Source: an uncultured Alphaproteobacteria bacterium
GTDB lineage: Bacteria; Pseudomonadota; Alphaproteobacteria; Sphingomonadales; Sphingomonadaceae
Direction of reading: 5' to 3'
Assembly (NCBI GenBank): GCA_963847215.1
Contig: CAWJZA010000016.1
Location: 212,542-276,541, forward strand
DNA length: 64,000 nt
Position 1 is the stretch's first letter. Every line of letters starts with the position of its first letter. A model generated the notes under the pieces. It was given only the letters and a program-made list of their open reading frames with translations, did not search any database and had not been told where the DNA came from. Position numbers and translations under genes: made by a program. Shown here piece after piece: positions 41,804 to 51,843 of this stretch.

Positions 41804-43500
41804 TTTTCCGGCACGACCAGGCCGAGCAGGGACGAAACGTCGACGTCGTGGTCGAGATCGGGGGCGACGCCGAGGACGGGCGCGATCCGCGGCACGATGC
41901 GGGCGATGCTGGGGGCGGTCACCTGGCCCGCGGTCGAGTATCCGCCGGTTTCGCGCGTCCCGTGCGGCGCATCGAGCATGGCGATGACGACATAGCGCGG
42001 CGCGTCCATCGGGAAGGCGCCGGCGAAGGTCGAGATGTTAACGTGCTTTTCGTAATGGCCGCCGAGCTGCTTCTCGGCCGTCCCGGTCTTGCCGCCGACG
42101 CGGTAGCCCGGTGCGTTGGCCTTGCGCCCGGTACCCGACATCACGACCATGCGGAGCAGGGCGCGCATTGTGTCCGACGTCGCTTGCGAAAACACGCGCG
42201 TGCCGGGGACGGCCTGACCCGGCTTGACCTTTAGCATTGTCGCGGGGTGGAGGATGCCGCCGTTGACCACGGCCGAATAGGCGACGGCGAGGTGCAGCGG
42301 CGACACGGCCAGGCCGTGGCCGAAGCCGATCGTCATCGTCGCGACCTCGCCCCAGTTGCTCGCCGGCGGGTACAGCGTGTGGCCGCGCTCCATCAGCTCG
42401 CCCGTCACCGGCTTGAGGAAGCCGAGCGCGTCGAGATAGGCGCGCTGCCGCGTCGCCCCCAGCTCGGCCGCGATGTGCGCCGAACCGATGTTCGAGGAAT
42501 GGATGAAGATGTCGGGCACGGTCGCCCATCGGCGCAGTTCGTGCCCGTCGGGGTCGTCGTGGATAGTGAAGCGGCCGATGTGGATCGGCGCCGTCGCGTC
42601 GTACTTCTGCGCCATCGACTTGATCAGCCCGTCGTTGACCGACATGGCGATGGTAAAGGTCTTGAACGTGCTGCCGAGCTCGTAAACGCCGAGCGTCGCC
42701 CGGTCGAAGCGGCTGTTATCGTCGCTGTGGCCGGCGGCATTGGGGTTGAAGGCCGGCAGCGAGGCGAGCGCGAGGATCTCGCCGGTGTGAACGTCCATGA
42801 CAATGCCGGCGGCGCCCAGCGCGGTGAACTTGTCCTTGGCCGCCTGCAGCTCGCTTTCGAGCGCCTGCTGGACGCGGCTGTCGAGCGCCAACTGCACCGG
42901 CACGCCGCGCGTGGCCGGGCTGGTGAGGTGCGCGTCGGCGGCGCGTTCCATGCCGTAGCGGCCGTGGCCGTCGATGTCGGTGTAGCCGATGACGTGCGCG
43001 GCGAGGTCGAGATTGGGATACAGGCGCTCGGGCTCGCGCTTGATGGCAATCGCCGGCTCGCCGAGCGCGTTGATCGCCGTCGCCTGTGCCGGCAGGATCC
43101 GCCGCGAAAGGTAGCGGAAGCTGCCGGGGTGGACGAGCTCGAAGTAGATCTCGTCGACCGTCTTATCGGGGAGGATCGCCGCCAGCTGGCGGGCGAGGAC
43201 ATGGGGATCGCCAACCAGCTTGCGCGGCGCGACGGTTGCGGCGATCGCCTCGACTGTGTCGGCCAGTTCGACGCCGTTGCGGTCGATGATGTCGCCCCGT
43301 GGCGGCAGGTCCGTCACGGCTACCGGGCCGCGGTCGACCTCGTGCAGGACGGCGAGGTCGATCAGGCGGAGCCCGATGATCAGGCACGCGGCGACAAACA
43401 GCAGCAGCGCCACCATCAGGCGCTGGCGGGCGCCGGCGAGCGCGGCCTGGCGCTGTCCCGGCAGCGCCAGCGTCCGCCGCGGCAGCGCCATCGCCGTCAC
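41800..43500 (-). CDS. ftsI: Peptidoglycan transpeptidase FtsI (PBP3)
   Basis: RGDIIDRNG, GSTFK (SxxK), HSSNIG (SxN), GKTGT. Confidence 0.93.
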   Translation of the reverse strand: MTAMALPRRTLALPGQRQAALAGARQRLMVALLLFVAACLIIGLRLIDLAVLHEVDRGPVAVTDLPPRGDIIDRNGVELADTVEAIAATVAPRKLVGDPHVLARQLAAILPDKTVDEIYFELVHPGSFRYLSRRILPAQATAINALGEPAIAIKREPERLYPNLDLAAHVIGYTDIDGHGRYGMERAADAHLTSPATRGVPVQLALDSRVQQALESELQAAKDKFTALGAAGIVMDVHTGEILALASLPAFNPNAAGHSDDNSRFDRATLGVYELGSTFKTFTIAMSVNDGLIKSMAQKYDATAPIHIGRFTIHDDPDGHELRRWATVPDIFIHSSNIGSAHIAAELGATRQRAYLDALGFLKPVTGELMERGHTLYPPASNWGEVATMTIGFGHGLAVSPLHLAVAYSAVVNGGILHPATMLKVKPGQAVPGTRVFSQATSDTMRALLRMVVMSGTGRKANAPGYRVGGKTGTAEKQLGGHYEKHVNISTFAGAFPMDAPRYVVIAMLDAPHGTRETGGYSTAGQVTAPSIARIVPRIAPVLGVAPDLDHDVDVSSLLGLVVPEK

Positions 43501-43967
43501 CGCAGCGCGGCCTTGCGGAAGCTGACGGTGATTGTCGTCGCGCCGCCGCCGGCCAGGACCGCATCGGTGCCGAGGTCGCGGGACACGCGTGGCGCGAAGG
43601 TGGCGCGGCGCATTTCCGGCGCCGGACGGGGCGCGTCGCGGACGACGGTCGCCACCGTCAGCGGCGCCGCCGGCGGCGCCTTGGGCGCGGCATAGCTCGC
43701 GAGCTGGACCGGGTTGGCGACCAGCTGCTCGGCGCGCGGCGGGGCGAGGGCGAGCACCTCCTCGTTCCAGCGCTGCAGCTCGGGCAGTCGCGAACGGGTG
43801 CGAAGCTCGGCACGCAACAGACGCATCTCCGACTGGTCGCGGGCGATCCGGTCGTGCGCGGCGACGACCGCCGCGCGCTCGCTCGACGCCCGCAACGACA
43901 CCGTATAGCAGCCGATCGCCGAGGCCAATGCGGCGGCGATCATCATCGTCGATCTCAGCGTGCTCAT
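43497..43967 (-). CDS. ftsL: Cell division protein FtsL-like
   Basis: TM plus coiled coil (LRAEL...ELQRWN) between rsmH and ftsI. Confidence 0.7.
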   Translation of the reverse strand: MSTLRSTMMIAAALASAIGCYTVSLRASSERAAVVAAHDRIARDQSEMRLLRAELRTRSRLPELQRWNEEVLALAPPRAEQLVANPVQLASYAAPKAPPAAPLTVATVVRDAPRPAPEMRRATFAPRVSRDLGTDAVLAGGGATTITVSFRKAALR

Positions 43968-44881
43968 GCCATCCCCCATGCCGGTGCCGTGGTCCGCGTC
44001 GCCGCGCGCAGCGTCGCCGACCGGGCGCGCGGGTTGCGCGCGACTTCCCCTGGCGACGGCCGCACCGCCTTCGACGTCGCCGTGAAACTGGGCGCCTGCG
44101 CCGCCACCGCCGGGCGGTGGCGCGATCCGGCCGGCGCGGCGCCGGAGCGATCGCGCAGGAAGGATTTGACGATGCGGTCCTCAAGGCTGTGGAAGCTGAC
44201 GACCGCGAGCCGGCCGCCGGCCGCGAGCAGGCGCTCGGCCGCGCGCAGGCCGGCGGCGAGTTCGCCCAGCTCGTCGTTCACATGGATCCGCAGCGCCTGG
44301 AACGACCGCGTCGCGGCGTCCTTGCCCCCCGGCTGGGGGCCGCAGACGCTGCGGACCACGGCGGCGAGCTGGCCGGTGCGCGTGAACGGACGATCGTTGA
44401 CCAGCGCCCGGGCGATGCGCCGCGCCTTCGGCTCCTCGCCCAGGCGGAACAGGACGTCGGCGATCTCCGCCTCGCTGGCGGTATTGACAAAGTCGGCCGC
44501 ACTCGGTCCGTCGCCGCCCATGCGCATGTCGAGCGGGCCGTCGGCCATGAACGAGAAGCCGCGCTCCGCCTCGTCGAGCTGCATCGACGATACGCCGACG
44601 TCCATCGCCACGGCGTCGGCGGCGGCGATGCCGCGGTCGGCCAGCAGCCGGTCCATGGCCGAAAAGCGCCCTTCGATCAGGGTCAAGCGCGGATCGTCGA
44701 TGTCGTTGGTCGCAAGCGCTGCGGGATCGCGGTCGAGGGCGACAACGCGAGCGCCGCGGGCAAGGGCGGCGCGGGCATAGCCGCCGGCACCAAACGTCGC
44801 GTCGACGTAGAGGCAGCCGTCATCGAGCGCCAGCGCGGCCATGACCTCGTCGAGCAGGACGGGAACGTGGCGCGCGGTCAT
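43964..44881 (-). CDS. rsmH: 16S rRNA m4C1402 methyltransferase
   Basis: [38 protein letters not shown]. Confidence 0.96.
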   Translation of the reverse strand: MTARHVPVLLDEVMAALALDDGCLYVDATFGAGGYARAALARGARVVALDRDPAALATNDIDDPRLTLIEGRFSAMDRLLADRGIAAADAVAMDVGVSSMQLDEAERGFSFMADGPLDMRMGGDGPSAADFVNTASEAEIADVLFRLGEEPKARRIARALVNDRPFTRTGQLAAVVRSVCGPQPGGKDAATRSFQALRIHVNDELGELAAGLRAAERLLAAGGRLAVVSFHSLEDRIVKSFLRDRSGAAPAGSRHRPAVAAQAPSFTATSKAVRPSPGEVARNPRARSATLRAATRTTAPAWGMA

Positions 44882-45345
44882 GCCGCCCCCCGCGCGTCGA
44901 GCAGGCGCCGGGCGATGCGGATCGCCCGCGGATCGAGGCCGGGCCGCTCGACAAAGCGATGCGGATTCCACACTTCGAAATAATCACCCATGCCCCAGAA
45001 CAGGGCGAGACGGTCGATCTCGCCGATGTCCTTCATCGTCGCCGACAGGATGATGCGGCCATTGTCGTCGATCGGCGCCTTCTCGACCGAACCGAAGGTC
45101 ACGCGGAAGCGGTCGTCGCGCTGGTCGCTATAGTCCTGGGCGAAGCGCGCCTCGAGCTCGGCTCGAGCCTTGGCCGCATAGCCGGGATCGTAGCCGACCA
45201 GGCAGTCGGCACGTTCGGCGGGGGCAAGGATGACGCTGCGGCCGTCGCCGCGGCCCGCGAGCACGTCGCGAAAGGCGGACGGGACCGAGACGCGTCCCTT
45301 CGCGTCGATCCCGTTCAGCGCATTGCCAAGGAAGGATTCGTCCAC
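44878..45345 (-). CDS. mraZ: Transcriptional regulator MraZ
   Basis: [10 protein letters not shown] and IDDNGRI (two DxxGR motifs), FEVW. Confidence 0.92.
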   Translation of the reverse strand: MDESFLGNALNGIDAKGRVSVPSAFRDVLAGRGDGRSVILAPAERADCLVGYDPGYAAKARAELEARFAQDYSDQRDDRFRVTFGSVEKAPIDDNGRIILSATMKDIGEIDRLALFWGMGDYFEVWNPHRFVERPGLDPRAIRIARRLLDARGAA

Positions 45346-45441
45346 TGAGCCCGCCCGTTACCGGCAGACGCGAGGGCACCCCGGCCGGCACAGCGGCGCT
45401 GTGACGACGACCCGACGATGTGATGCTGCCCGCACGCCTAC

Positions 45442-45450
45442 TGTGGACAA
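45442..45450 (-). promoter_or_regulatory. DnaA box, 1 mismatch (TTGTCCACA)
   Basis: Plus strand TGTGGACAA in the mraZ upstream region. Confidence 0.45.
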
Positions 45451-45458
45451 GCAGTAAA

Positions 45459-45493
45459 TGGGCTTTCATGGGTTTTCAATGGGAAAACGTGGG
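45459..45493 (+). promoter_or_regulatory. Putative MraZ operator: four TGGG direct repeats at 10/11/10-nt spacing
   Basis: TGGG at 45459, 45469, 45480 and 45490, upstream of mraZ; MraZ is known to bind TGGGN-N5 repeats. Confidence 0.65.
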
Positions 45494-45587
45494 ATACAGC
45501 TCCATTAGGCGCATATTAGAACCATAATGCACGAATATGCCACATTTAGTCTTGCTTTGTTCTAGTTATATAACTTCGACACAGGTC

Positions 45588-45596
45588 TGTGGATAA
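45588..45596 (-). promoter_or_regulatory. Perfect DnaA box TTATCCACA
   Basis: Plus strand TGTGGATAA, next to the AT-rich tract at about 45500-45575. Confidence 0.6.
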
Positions 45597-45623
45597 CCCT
45601 GTGCATTCTACAGCTATACGGGC

Positions 45624-45872
45624 TTAGGAAGCCGTGCGTGGCCGCGGAGCGGGCGGCGGTGTCAGCGTCGAGGCACTGCCCGAACTCGGCGCGACGCCCA
45701 GCACGGCGAGCGTCTCGGTCCGCGGATTGACCACTGCCTTGGGCCGGCCCGCGCGAACGCCGGCGGCGGCAGCCATGACGGTGAGAAAAACTAGGGCGAG
45801 CACCGTCAGACCGACGTTCAACCGCTGGGTTCCGACGGATCCGGAGGGCCGTGCCCGCATGATCTGCTTCAC
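45624..45872 (-). CDS. Small hypothetical membrane protein
   Basis: One TM segment (VGLTVLALVFLTVMAAAAG) and ETLAVLGVAP motif; start uncertain. Confidence 0.55.
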   Translation of the reverse strand: MKQIMRARPSGSVGTQRLNVGLTVLALVFLTVMAAAAGVRAGRPKAVVNPRTETLAVLGVAPSSGSASTLTPPPAPRPRTAS

Positions 45873-45954
45873 TATTTCCCGCTCGCCTGTACGGCCATGG
45901 CCTCAACGGCCGTGGACTTCACCCGATCGTGACGGTTGGCGGTGACATAGCCCA

Positions 45955-46962
45955 TTACGTCGCGCTTGTCGAGCCATCGAGCCAGGGTGGTACCGCAACT
46001 CCCTTCGCCCGGCACCACTCGGGATTGTACAGCGTCGACAGGTAACGCATCCCGGAATCGCACAGGATGGTGACAATCGTCCGGCCCGGCCCCAATTCGG
46101 CGGCGAGCTTCATCGCGCCGGCGACATTGATCCCCGACGACAGGCCGAGGCACAGCCCCTCGTCGGCGAGCAGCGCGTGCATCACCGGCAGCGCCTCGGC
46201 ATCGCTGACGCGGAACTGGGTGTCGATGGCAACGCCGTCGAGGTTGGCGGTGATGCGGCTCTGGCCGATCCCCTCGGCGACCGAATTGCCGCTGCTGCGA
46301 AGCTCGCCGTGGGCGAACCAGTCGTACAGAGCGGCGCCTTCGGGGTCGGTCAGAGCGATGGTCACCGCCGGGTCAAAGCCCTTCAGCCCCATGGCGACGC
46401 CGGCAAGCGTGCCGCCGGTGCCCACCGCACAGGTGAAGCCGTCGATCCGGCCGCCAGTGTCGGCCCAAATCTCGGGCGCGGTCGTCTTGATGTGGGCCAG
46501 GCGGTTGGCCAGATTGTCGAACTGGTTGGCCCAGATCGCGTTCGGCGTCTCCTCGGCCAGGCGCCGGGACTGATGCACGTAATGGCACGGGCTGCTGTAC
46601 GACGCCGCCGGCACCAGGACGAGCCTGGCTCCCAGCGCGCGCAGCAGGTCCTGCTTCTCCCGACTTTGCGTCTCGGGCATGACGATGACGGTCTTGTAGC
46701 CGAGCGCGTTGGCGACGACGGCAAGGCCGATGCCGGTGTTGCCCGCCGTGCCTTCGACGATCGTCCCGCCGGGCCGGAGCAGGCCGCGCTCCTCGGCGTC
46801 GCGGACGATGAACAGCGCCGCACGGTCCTTGACCGACCCGCCAGGATTCATGAATTCGCATTTGCCGAGAATGGTGCAGCCGGTCTGCTGCGACGGTCCG
46901 CGCAGGACGACCAGCGGCGTGTTGCCGATCAGGGCGATGGCATCGGCGGCGGGGGGGATCAT
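45955..46962 (-). CDS. cysK: Cysteine synthase A family
   Basis: IGNTPL, NPGGSVKDR, EGTAGNTG, VGTGGT, EGIG, GLSSG. Confidence 0.92.
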   Translation of the reverse strand: MIPPAADAIALIGNTPLVVLRGPSQQTGCTILGKCEFMNPGGSVKDRAALFIVRDAEERGLLRPGGTIVEGTAGNTGIGLAVVANALGYKTVIVMPETQSREKQDLLRALGARLVLVPAASYSSPCHYVHQSRRLAEETPNAIWANQFDNLANRLAHIKTTAPEIWADTGGRIDGFTCAVGTGGTLAGVAMGLKGFDPAVTIALTDPEGAALYDWFAHGELRSSGNSVAEGIGQSRITANLDGVAIDTQFRVSDAEALPVMHALLADEGLCLGLSSGINVAGAMKLAAELGPGRTIVTILCDSGMRYLSTLYNPEWCRAKGVAVPPWLDGSTSAT

Positions 46963-47067
46963 CGTCAGTGACGTAGCCCGGTGCGGCGGGAGCGGCAAGC
47001 AACGGCTGGTTGCGCCCGCGCAATCAGGGGTTTGCCGCCGCCGCGCGCGGCGGGTACGACGACCGCC

Positions 47068-48567
47068 ATGCGGCTGCGCCCTGTCCTTCTCGTTGCCCTG
47101 CTTTTCGCCGGCTGCGGCAGCCACGGCGGGGAGAGCGGGGCGACGCTGCGGGTCGACATCGTCACGACGCCCGGCGGCGGCGAGGTCGCGCACGCGGTCG
47201 CCGCGGCGACGCAGCTCGGCCTGGTCGCCTTCGACAGTCGCGGCGAGGTCGTTCCCGGGCTGGCGTCGAGCTGGCGCGCCATCGGCGACAACCGCAGCAT
47301 CATCTTCCGCCTGCGCCCGCGCGCCTGGCCGGATGGGCGGCCGGTCACCGCAGCCGAAGTCGTCGCCTCGTTCCGCCGCGCCGCCGCGGCCGGCAGTCGC
47401 AACCCCGCCCGGCCGCTGCTCGCCGCGCTGGATCATGGCGCGGAGGTGCTGCAGGGCCGGCTGCCGGCCAGCGCGCTCGGCATCGACGCGCCGGTCGACA
47501 ATGTCATCGAGGTCCGCGGCGCCGGCGCGCTGCCCGGCCTGCTGCCGCTGCTCGCCCAGCCCGAGCTGGCGGTCGTTCCGTCGGGTCCGCGGCCGCCGGC
47601 GCTCGGCGCGATGCGCGTCGCTACGACCCAGCCGCTCGTCCTCGGACGCAATCCCGCCGCACCGCCGGGGGCGACCAGCCTCGGTCGCATCGCCATCGAG
47701 CCGCAGGACGACGCCGGTCCGGCGATCGCCCGCTTCGCCCGCGGCCGGACCGACCTTGTGTTCGGCGGCGGCCTTGCCGGCTTCGACGACGCGCGCCTGC
47801 TGACGACGGCCAACGCGCTGCGCGTCGAACCGGCGTGGGGCGTGTACGGCTACCTTATCCACCCCGCCGGCCCGCTCGCCGATGCGCGGGTCCGCCGGGC
47901 GCTGGCGATGGCGGTCGACCGCGACGACCTCGGCAGCCGCCTGTTCGGCGTCGCACTTGCCCCGGTCCTCGGGATCGTGCCGCCGCTGCCGTCGGAGCCG
48001 CTACCGGCGTCGCCCGACTGGGTCGTGCAGGCCCCGCCGGCGCGGCTCGACGCGGCGCGACAGCTGCTCGCCGCCGCTGGCTTCGACGCGACCCACCCGC
48101 TGACGGTGACGATCAGCCTGCCCGACGCCCGCGAGCACGCCAACGTCGCGGCCGAAGTCGCCGCCGACTGGGCGCGGATCGGCGTCAAGGCGCAGGCGAT
48201 CGTGCGCTCGTCCGCGGCGCACGCGCAGGCGATCGCCCGCGGCGAGTATCAGCTTGCGCTGGTCGAGCGGACATCGCCGCTCGACAGCGCCGTTCCGTTC
48301 CTGACCGCCTTCGCCTGCGGCCGTGGCGGCGTCTGCGACCCGGCTGCCGACACGTTGCTCGCCACGGCGCGGACCGCAGCCGATCCGGCCGCGGCGACAG
48401 CGGCACTGGCCGCGGCAGAGGCGGCGCTTGTCGCCGATACGCCGATGATTGCCCTGTTCGCGCCGGTGCGCTGGGCGCTGGTGGCGCCGCGCGTCACCGG
48501 CTGGACGTCGAACGCCGGCGGTCGCCACCCGCTGGCGCTGCTGAACGTGTCCGGCCGCGCGCCGTAG
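47068..48567 (+). CDS. ABC transporter substrate-binding lipoprotein (family 5)
   Basis: Lipobox LFAGC, GLVAFD..VPGLASSW, FRLR..WPDGRPVTAAEV, VRRALAMAVDR. Confidence 0.8.
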   Translation: MRLRPVLLVALLFAGCGSHGGESGATLRVDIVTTPGGGEVAHAVAAATQLGLVAFDSRGEVVPGLASSWRAIGDNRSIIFRLRPRAWPDGRPVTAAEVVASFRRAAAAGSRNPARPLLAALDHGAEVLQGRLPASALGIDAPVDNVIEVRGAGALPGLLPLLAQPELAVVPSGPRPPALGAMRVATTQPLVLGRNPAAPPGATSLGRIAIEPQDDAGPAIARFARGRTDLVFGGGLAGFDDARLLTTANALRVEPAWGVYGYLIHPAGPLADARVRRALAMAVDRDDLGSRLFGVALAPVLGIVPPLPSEPLPASPDWVVQAPPARLDAARQLLAAAGFDATHPLTVTISLPDAREHANVAAEVAADWARIGVKAQAIVRSSAAHAQAIARGEYQLALVERTSPLDSAVPFLTAFACGRGGVCDPAADTLLATARTAADPAAATAALAAAEAALVADTPMIALFAPVRWALVAPRVTGWTSNAGGRHPLALLNVSGRAP

Positions 48568-48574
48568 GCGCGGA

Positions 48575-49174
48575 TCAGGAGGCGAGGACTGGATACAGCG
48601 TCGCCACCAGTGTCAACGCGGCGACGATGTTGAACCGCCGCAGGCGCACCGGATCGGCCAGGAAGCGTCGCAGCGACGTGCCCAGCGCGGCCCACAGGCC
48701 GACCGAGGGTAGATTGACGGCGCAGAAGACGGCGGCGAGGAGGGCGACGCCGGCCCAGTCGTTGCCGGCGGGCAGATAGGCGGACGCCGCGGTTAGCGCC
48801 ATCGTCCAGGCCTTGGGATTTACCCACTGAAAAGCGGCCGCCTGCAGGAAGGTCATCGGCCGGGCCTGGGCGCGCCCTTCGGCGCTCGGCGGCGGCGCGG
48901 TGGCGATCTTCCACGCCAGGTAGAGCAGGTAGGCGACCGAAACCCACTTGATGATGCCGAGCAGCCCCGGCACCAGCGTGACGATCGTCGCCGTGCCCGC
49001 GCCGACGATCGCCACCATCAGCGCGAAGCCCAATGCCACGCCGAGCATGTGCGGCAGCGTCCGGCGGAAGCCGAAGTTGATGCCCGAGGCGAGCAGCATC
49101 AGGTTGTTCGGGCCCGGCGTGATCGAGCTGACCAGCGCGAAGGCGGCGAGGGCGAGGAGGAGCGGCGTCGTCAT
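48575..49174 (-). CDS. LysE family translocator
   Basis: SITPGPNN, YLLYLAWKIA, FQWVNPKAW. Confidence 0.92.
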   Translation of the reverse strand: MTTPLLLALAAFALVSSITPGPNNLMLLASGINFGFRRTLPHMLGVALGFALMVAIVGAGTATIVTLVPGLLGIIKWVSVAYLLYLAWKIATAPPPSAEGRAQARPMTFLQAAAFQWVNPKAWTMALTAASAYLPAGNDWAGVALLAAVFCAVNLPSVGLWAALGTSLRRFLADPVRLRRFNIVAALTLVATLYPVLAS

Positions 49175-49247
49175 GGCCGCGATAATAGCCGCGATCTTGC
49201 GGTGAATGGTTGCTAATCGACCACGATTCGCGCGATCTATGCAATCA

Positions 49248-49700
49248 ATGATCGACCTCGACCCCGCCAACCGCAGGATCTTGCAGGCGCTGTCGCGGGA
49301 CGGCCGGTTGAGCAACCTCGACCTCGCCGCCCGTGTCGGCCTGTCGCCGTCGGCCTGCCTGCGCCGGGTGCAGGAGCTCGAACGCCGTGGCGTCATCCGC
49401 GGTTATCGCGCGGTGATCGATGCGCACGCCCGCGGCGGTGGCTTCCTCGCCTACGTCACGATCGGCCTCGCCATCCATACCAAGGCGGCGCAGGCGGCAT
49501 TCGAGGCGGCAGTGGCCTCGGCGCCGGAGGTGCGCGAGTGCCACAATGTCACCGGCGGCATCGAATATCTGCTGCGCGTCGAAGTCCGCGACCTCGCCGC
49601 GTACAAATATTTCCACACCGAGGTCCTCGGCGTCATTCCGGGCCTGGCCAGCATCACCTCGTTCATCGTCATGGATTCGCCCAAGGACGACCGCGCCTGA
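49248..49700 (+). CDS. Lrp/AsnC family regulator
   Basis: ILQALSRDGRLSN..VGLSPSACLRRV..GVIRGY; divergent from lysE. Confidence 0.93.
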   Translation: MIDLDPANRRILQALSRDGRLSNLDLAARVGLSPSACLRRVQELERRGVIRGYRAVIDAHARGGGFLAYVTIGLAIHTKAAQAAFEAAVASAPEVRECHNVTGGIEYLLRVEVRDLAAYKYFHTEVLGVIPGLASITSFIVMDSPKDDRA

Positions 49701-49744
49701 CGCGCCGTCACGAAGCTGTCACGCGGAACGGCGATCGGAGGACG

Positions 49745-50911
49745 ATGGCAGCGGCGGACGACATGGCGGAACGCGGCACGGCGGGCGAGGTCTTCGCCGC
49801 CTTCCTCGCGCTGGGTGTCAGCGCCTTCGGCGGCCCGGTCGCGCACCTCGGCTATTTCCGCGCCGCCTTCGTCGTGCGGCGGCGGTGGCTGGCGGAAGCC
49901 GCCTTCGCCGACCTCGTCGCTGTGTGTTCGGTCCTGCCCGGGCCGACCTCGAGCCAGGTCGGTGCGGCGATCGGCTTCCGCCGCGCCGGCTGGCCCGGGG
50001 CGGTGGCGGCATGGACCGCCTTCACCCTGCCGTCGGCGATGCTGATGACCGCGCTCGCGCTCGGCGCCGGGGCGCTCGACGGCGGGCCGGCCGAGCGCGC
50101 CGCGCACGGGCTCAAGCTGGCGGCGGTGGCGATCGTCGCCCAGGCGGTGGTGGCGATGGCGCGCAGCCTCGCCCCCGATTGGCCGCGCCGGGCCGTGGCG
50201 CTGATCGCCGCCCTGGTCGTCGCTTTTGGCGGACAGGTCGGGCAGCTCGCCGCGATCGCCTTCGGTGCGGCGGCGGGCTTCGTCCTGACGGGTCCGCCGG
50301 CCCCGACCGGGGCGCCGGCGGCGCGGCCGCGCGGCGCATGGCTGCTGACCGCCGTCGCCGGGCTCGCCGCGCTGTTCCTCGGCCTGCAACGGCTCGCCAC
50401 CGCGACCGGCGACCCGCTGGCGGCGCTGGCGGCGGCATGCGTCCGTGCCGGTAGCCTGGTCTTCGGCGGCGGTCATGTCGTCCTGCCGCTGCTGCAGGCG
50501 CAGCTCGTGCCGCGGCTCGTCGCCGGCGATGCCTTCCTCGCCGGCTACGGTGCGGCGCAGGCGATGCCGGGGCCGCTGTTCACCTTCGCGGCCTATCTCG
50601 GCGGGCTGGTCGGCGGCGTCGGCGGCGCGGCAGTGGCGCTGGTCGCGCTGTTCGCGCCGGGCATGGTGCTGCTCGCCGCGGCGCTGCCGTGGGCGGTAAC
50701 GCTGACGCGCGGCCCGGCGCGCGCGGCGGTGACGGGCGTAAATGCCGCCGTCGTCGGCCTGCTCGCCGCCGCGCTGGTTTCGCCGGTCGGCACCGCCGCG
50801 ATCCATAGCGCCGGTGACGCCGTGCTCGCCGCCGTCGGGCTCGCCGCGCTGCTCGTCCGCGTGCCGCCGCTCGCTGTCGTCGCCGCGCTGGTCGCGGTGC
50901 AGTTCGCCTGA
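49745..50911 (+). CDS. chrA: Chromate efflux transporter (CHR family)
   Basis: AFGGPVAH, LPGPTSSQ, VFGGGHVVLP, AQAMPGP. Confidence 0.88.
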   Translation: MAAADDMAERGTAGEVFAAFLALGVSAFGGPVAHLGYFRAAFVVRRRWLAEAAFADLVAVCSVLPGPTSSQVGAAIGFRRAGWPGAVAAWTAFTLPSAMLMTALALGAGALDGGPAERAAHGLKLAAVAIVAQAVVAMARSLAPDWPRRAVALIAALVVAFGGQVGQLAAIAFGAAAGFVLTGPPAPTGAPAARPRGAWLLTAVAGLAALFLGLQRLATATGDPLAALAAACVRAGSLVFGGGHVVLPLLQAQLVPRLVAGDAFLAGYGAAQAMPGPLFTFAAYLGGLVGGVGGAAVALVALFAPGMVLLAAALPWAVTLTRGPARAAVTGVNAAVVGLLAAALVSPVGTAAIHSAGDAVLAAVGLAALLVRVPPLAVVAALVAVQFA

Positions 50912-50915
50912 GGCG

Positions 50916-51803
50916 TCAGCCGCGCTCGCGGCGGACCAGCGCCTCGGTCGCGCGGTTGCGTCGCAGCGCGACGATCAGCACGCCGCTCAAGGCCAGCGCG
51001 GTGCCGGCGATCATCCGCGCGTCAAGCCGGTCGCCGGTGAAGGTCACGCCAAAGCCGATCGTCGCCAGCGGCGTCATCAGCGTCAGCGGCGCGATCAGGT
51101 TGGCCTCGTAGCGCGCAATCAGCGCGTAGTAAGCCGTGTGGGCGAGCAGGCTGACGATCAGCGCCGAGAACAGCACCGCCGCGACGAACGGCCAGCCCGC
51201 GGCCAGCGCCGCCGCCGCCTGCCCGCGTTCGACCAGTGCCGAGGTCGCGGCCAGCGGCAGGCACGATACCAGCGCGACCCACGCCTGGAAGCGCAGCGGC
51301 GCGACATTGTCCATCTGCTTCATCAGGATCGCGCCGAGCGACCCGGCCGCGGCGCAGGCGACGATGAACCACAGCCCGGTCGACATGGCGACGCCCCCCG
51401 GATGCCAGACGACGAGCAGGACGCCGGCCAACGTCAGGGCGATGCCCAGCCCCCGCCGCCAATGGATGCGCTCGCCGAGCATGACGACGGACAGCAGGGT
51501 GGTGATCGGCACGCCGAGCTGGACGACGACCGCGGCCGCCGATGGCGAGGCGGTCTGCAGCCCGATGAACAGCAGGGCGAAGTTGCCGCCGCCCATCAGC
51601 AGCCCGACGGCAACGATCCGCCAGGCCGGCCGCGGCATCGGCCGCAGCCAGGGCCAGGTGACGGCGACGACGACGGCGAAGCGAACGGCGGCGAAGAACA
51701 GCGGCGGCACCTGCCACTGCCCGACGACGATCTTTGAGATGACGTTCGACAGCCCCCAAGTCAGGCAGACGGCGACGAGCATCAGGAAATCGCGCGGGCG
51801 CAT
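50916..51803 (-). CDS. DMT/EamA family transporter
   Basis: About 10 TM segments, two EamA repeats, LGERI motif. Confidence 0.88.
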   Translation of the reverse strand: MRPRDFLMLVAVCLTWGLSNVISKIVVGQWQVPPLFFAAVRFAVVVAVTWPWLRPMPRPAWRIVAVGLLMGGGNFALLFIGLQTASPSAAAVVVQLGVPITTLLSVVMLGERIHWRRGLGIALTLAGVLLVVWHPGGVAMSTGLWFIVACAAAGSLGAILMKQMDNVAPLRFQAWVALVSCLPLAATSALVERGQAAAALAAGWPFVAAVLFSALIVSLLAHTAYYALIARYEANLIAPLTLMTPLATIGFGVTFTGDRLDARMIAGTALALSGVLIVALRRNRATEALVRRERG

Positions 51804-51843
51804 CCGACGTCCCTACGGAAGCGCGCGGCGGCCGGCCAGCGGC

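Noticed and set aside
45519-45562. Alphaproteobacterial LexA box (GTTC-N7-GTTC)
   Set aside because: Best matches (AGTC-N7-GTTC, GAAC-N6-GCAC) deviate in sequence or spacing
45346-45623. Chromosomal origin of replication
   Set aside because: Only one perfect DnaA box and no dnaA/hemE/parAB context; better explained as the dcw promoter region, though GC skew would be needed to exclude it fully
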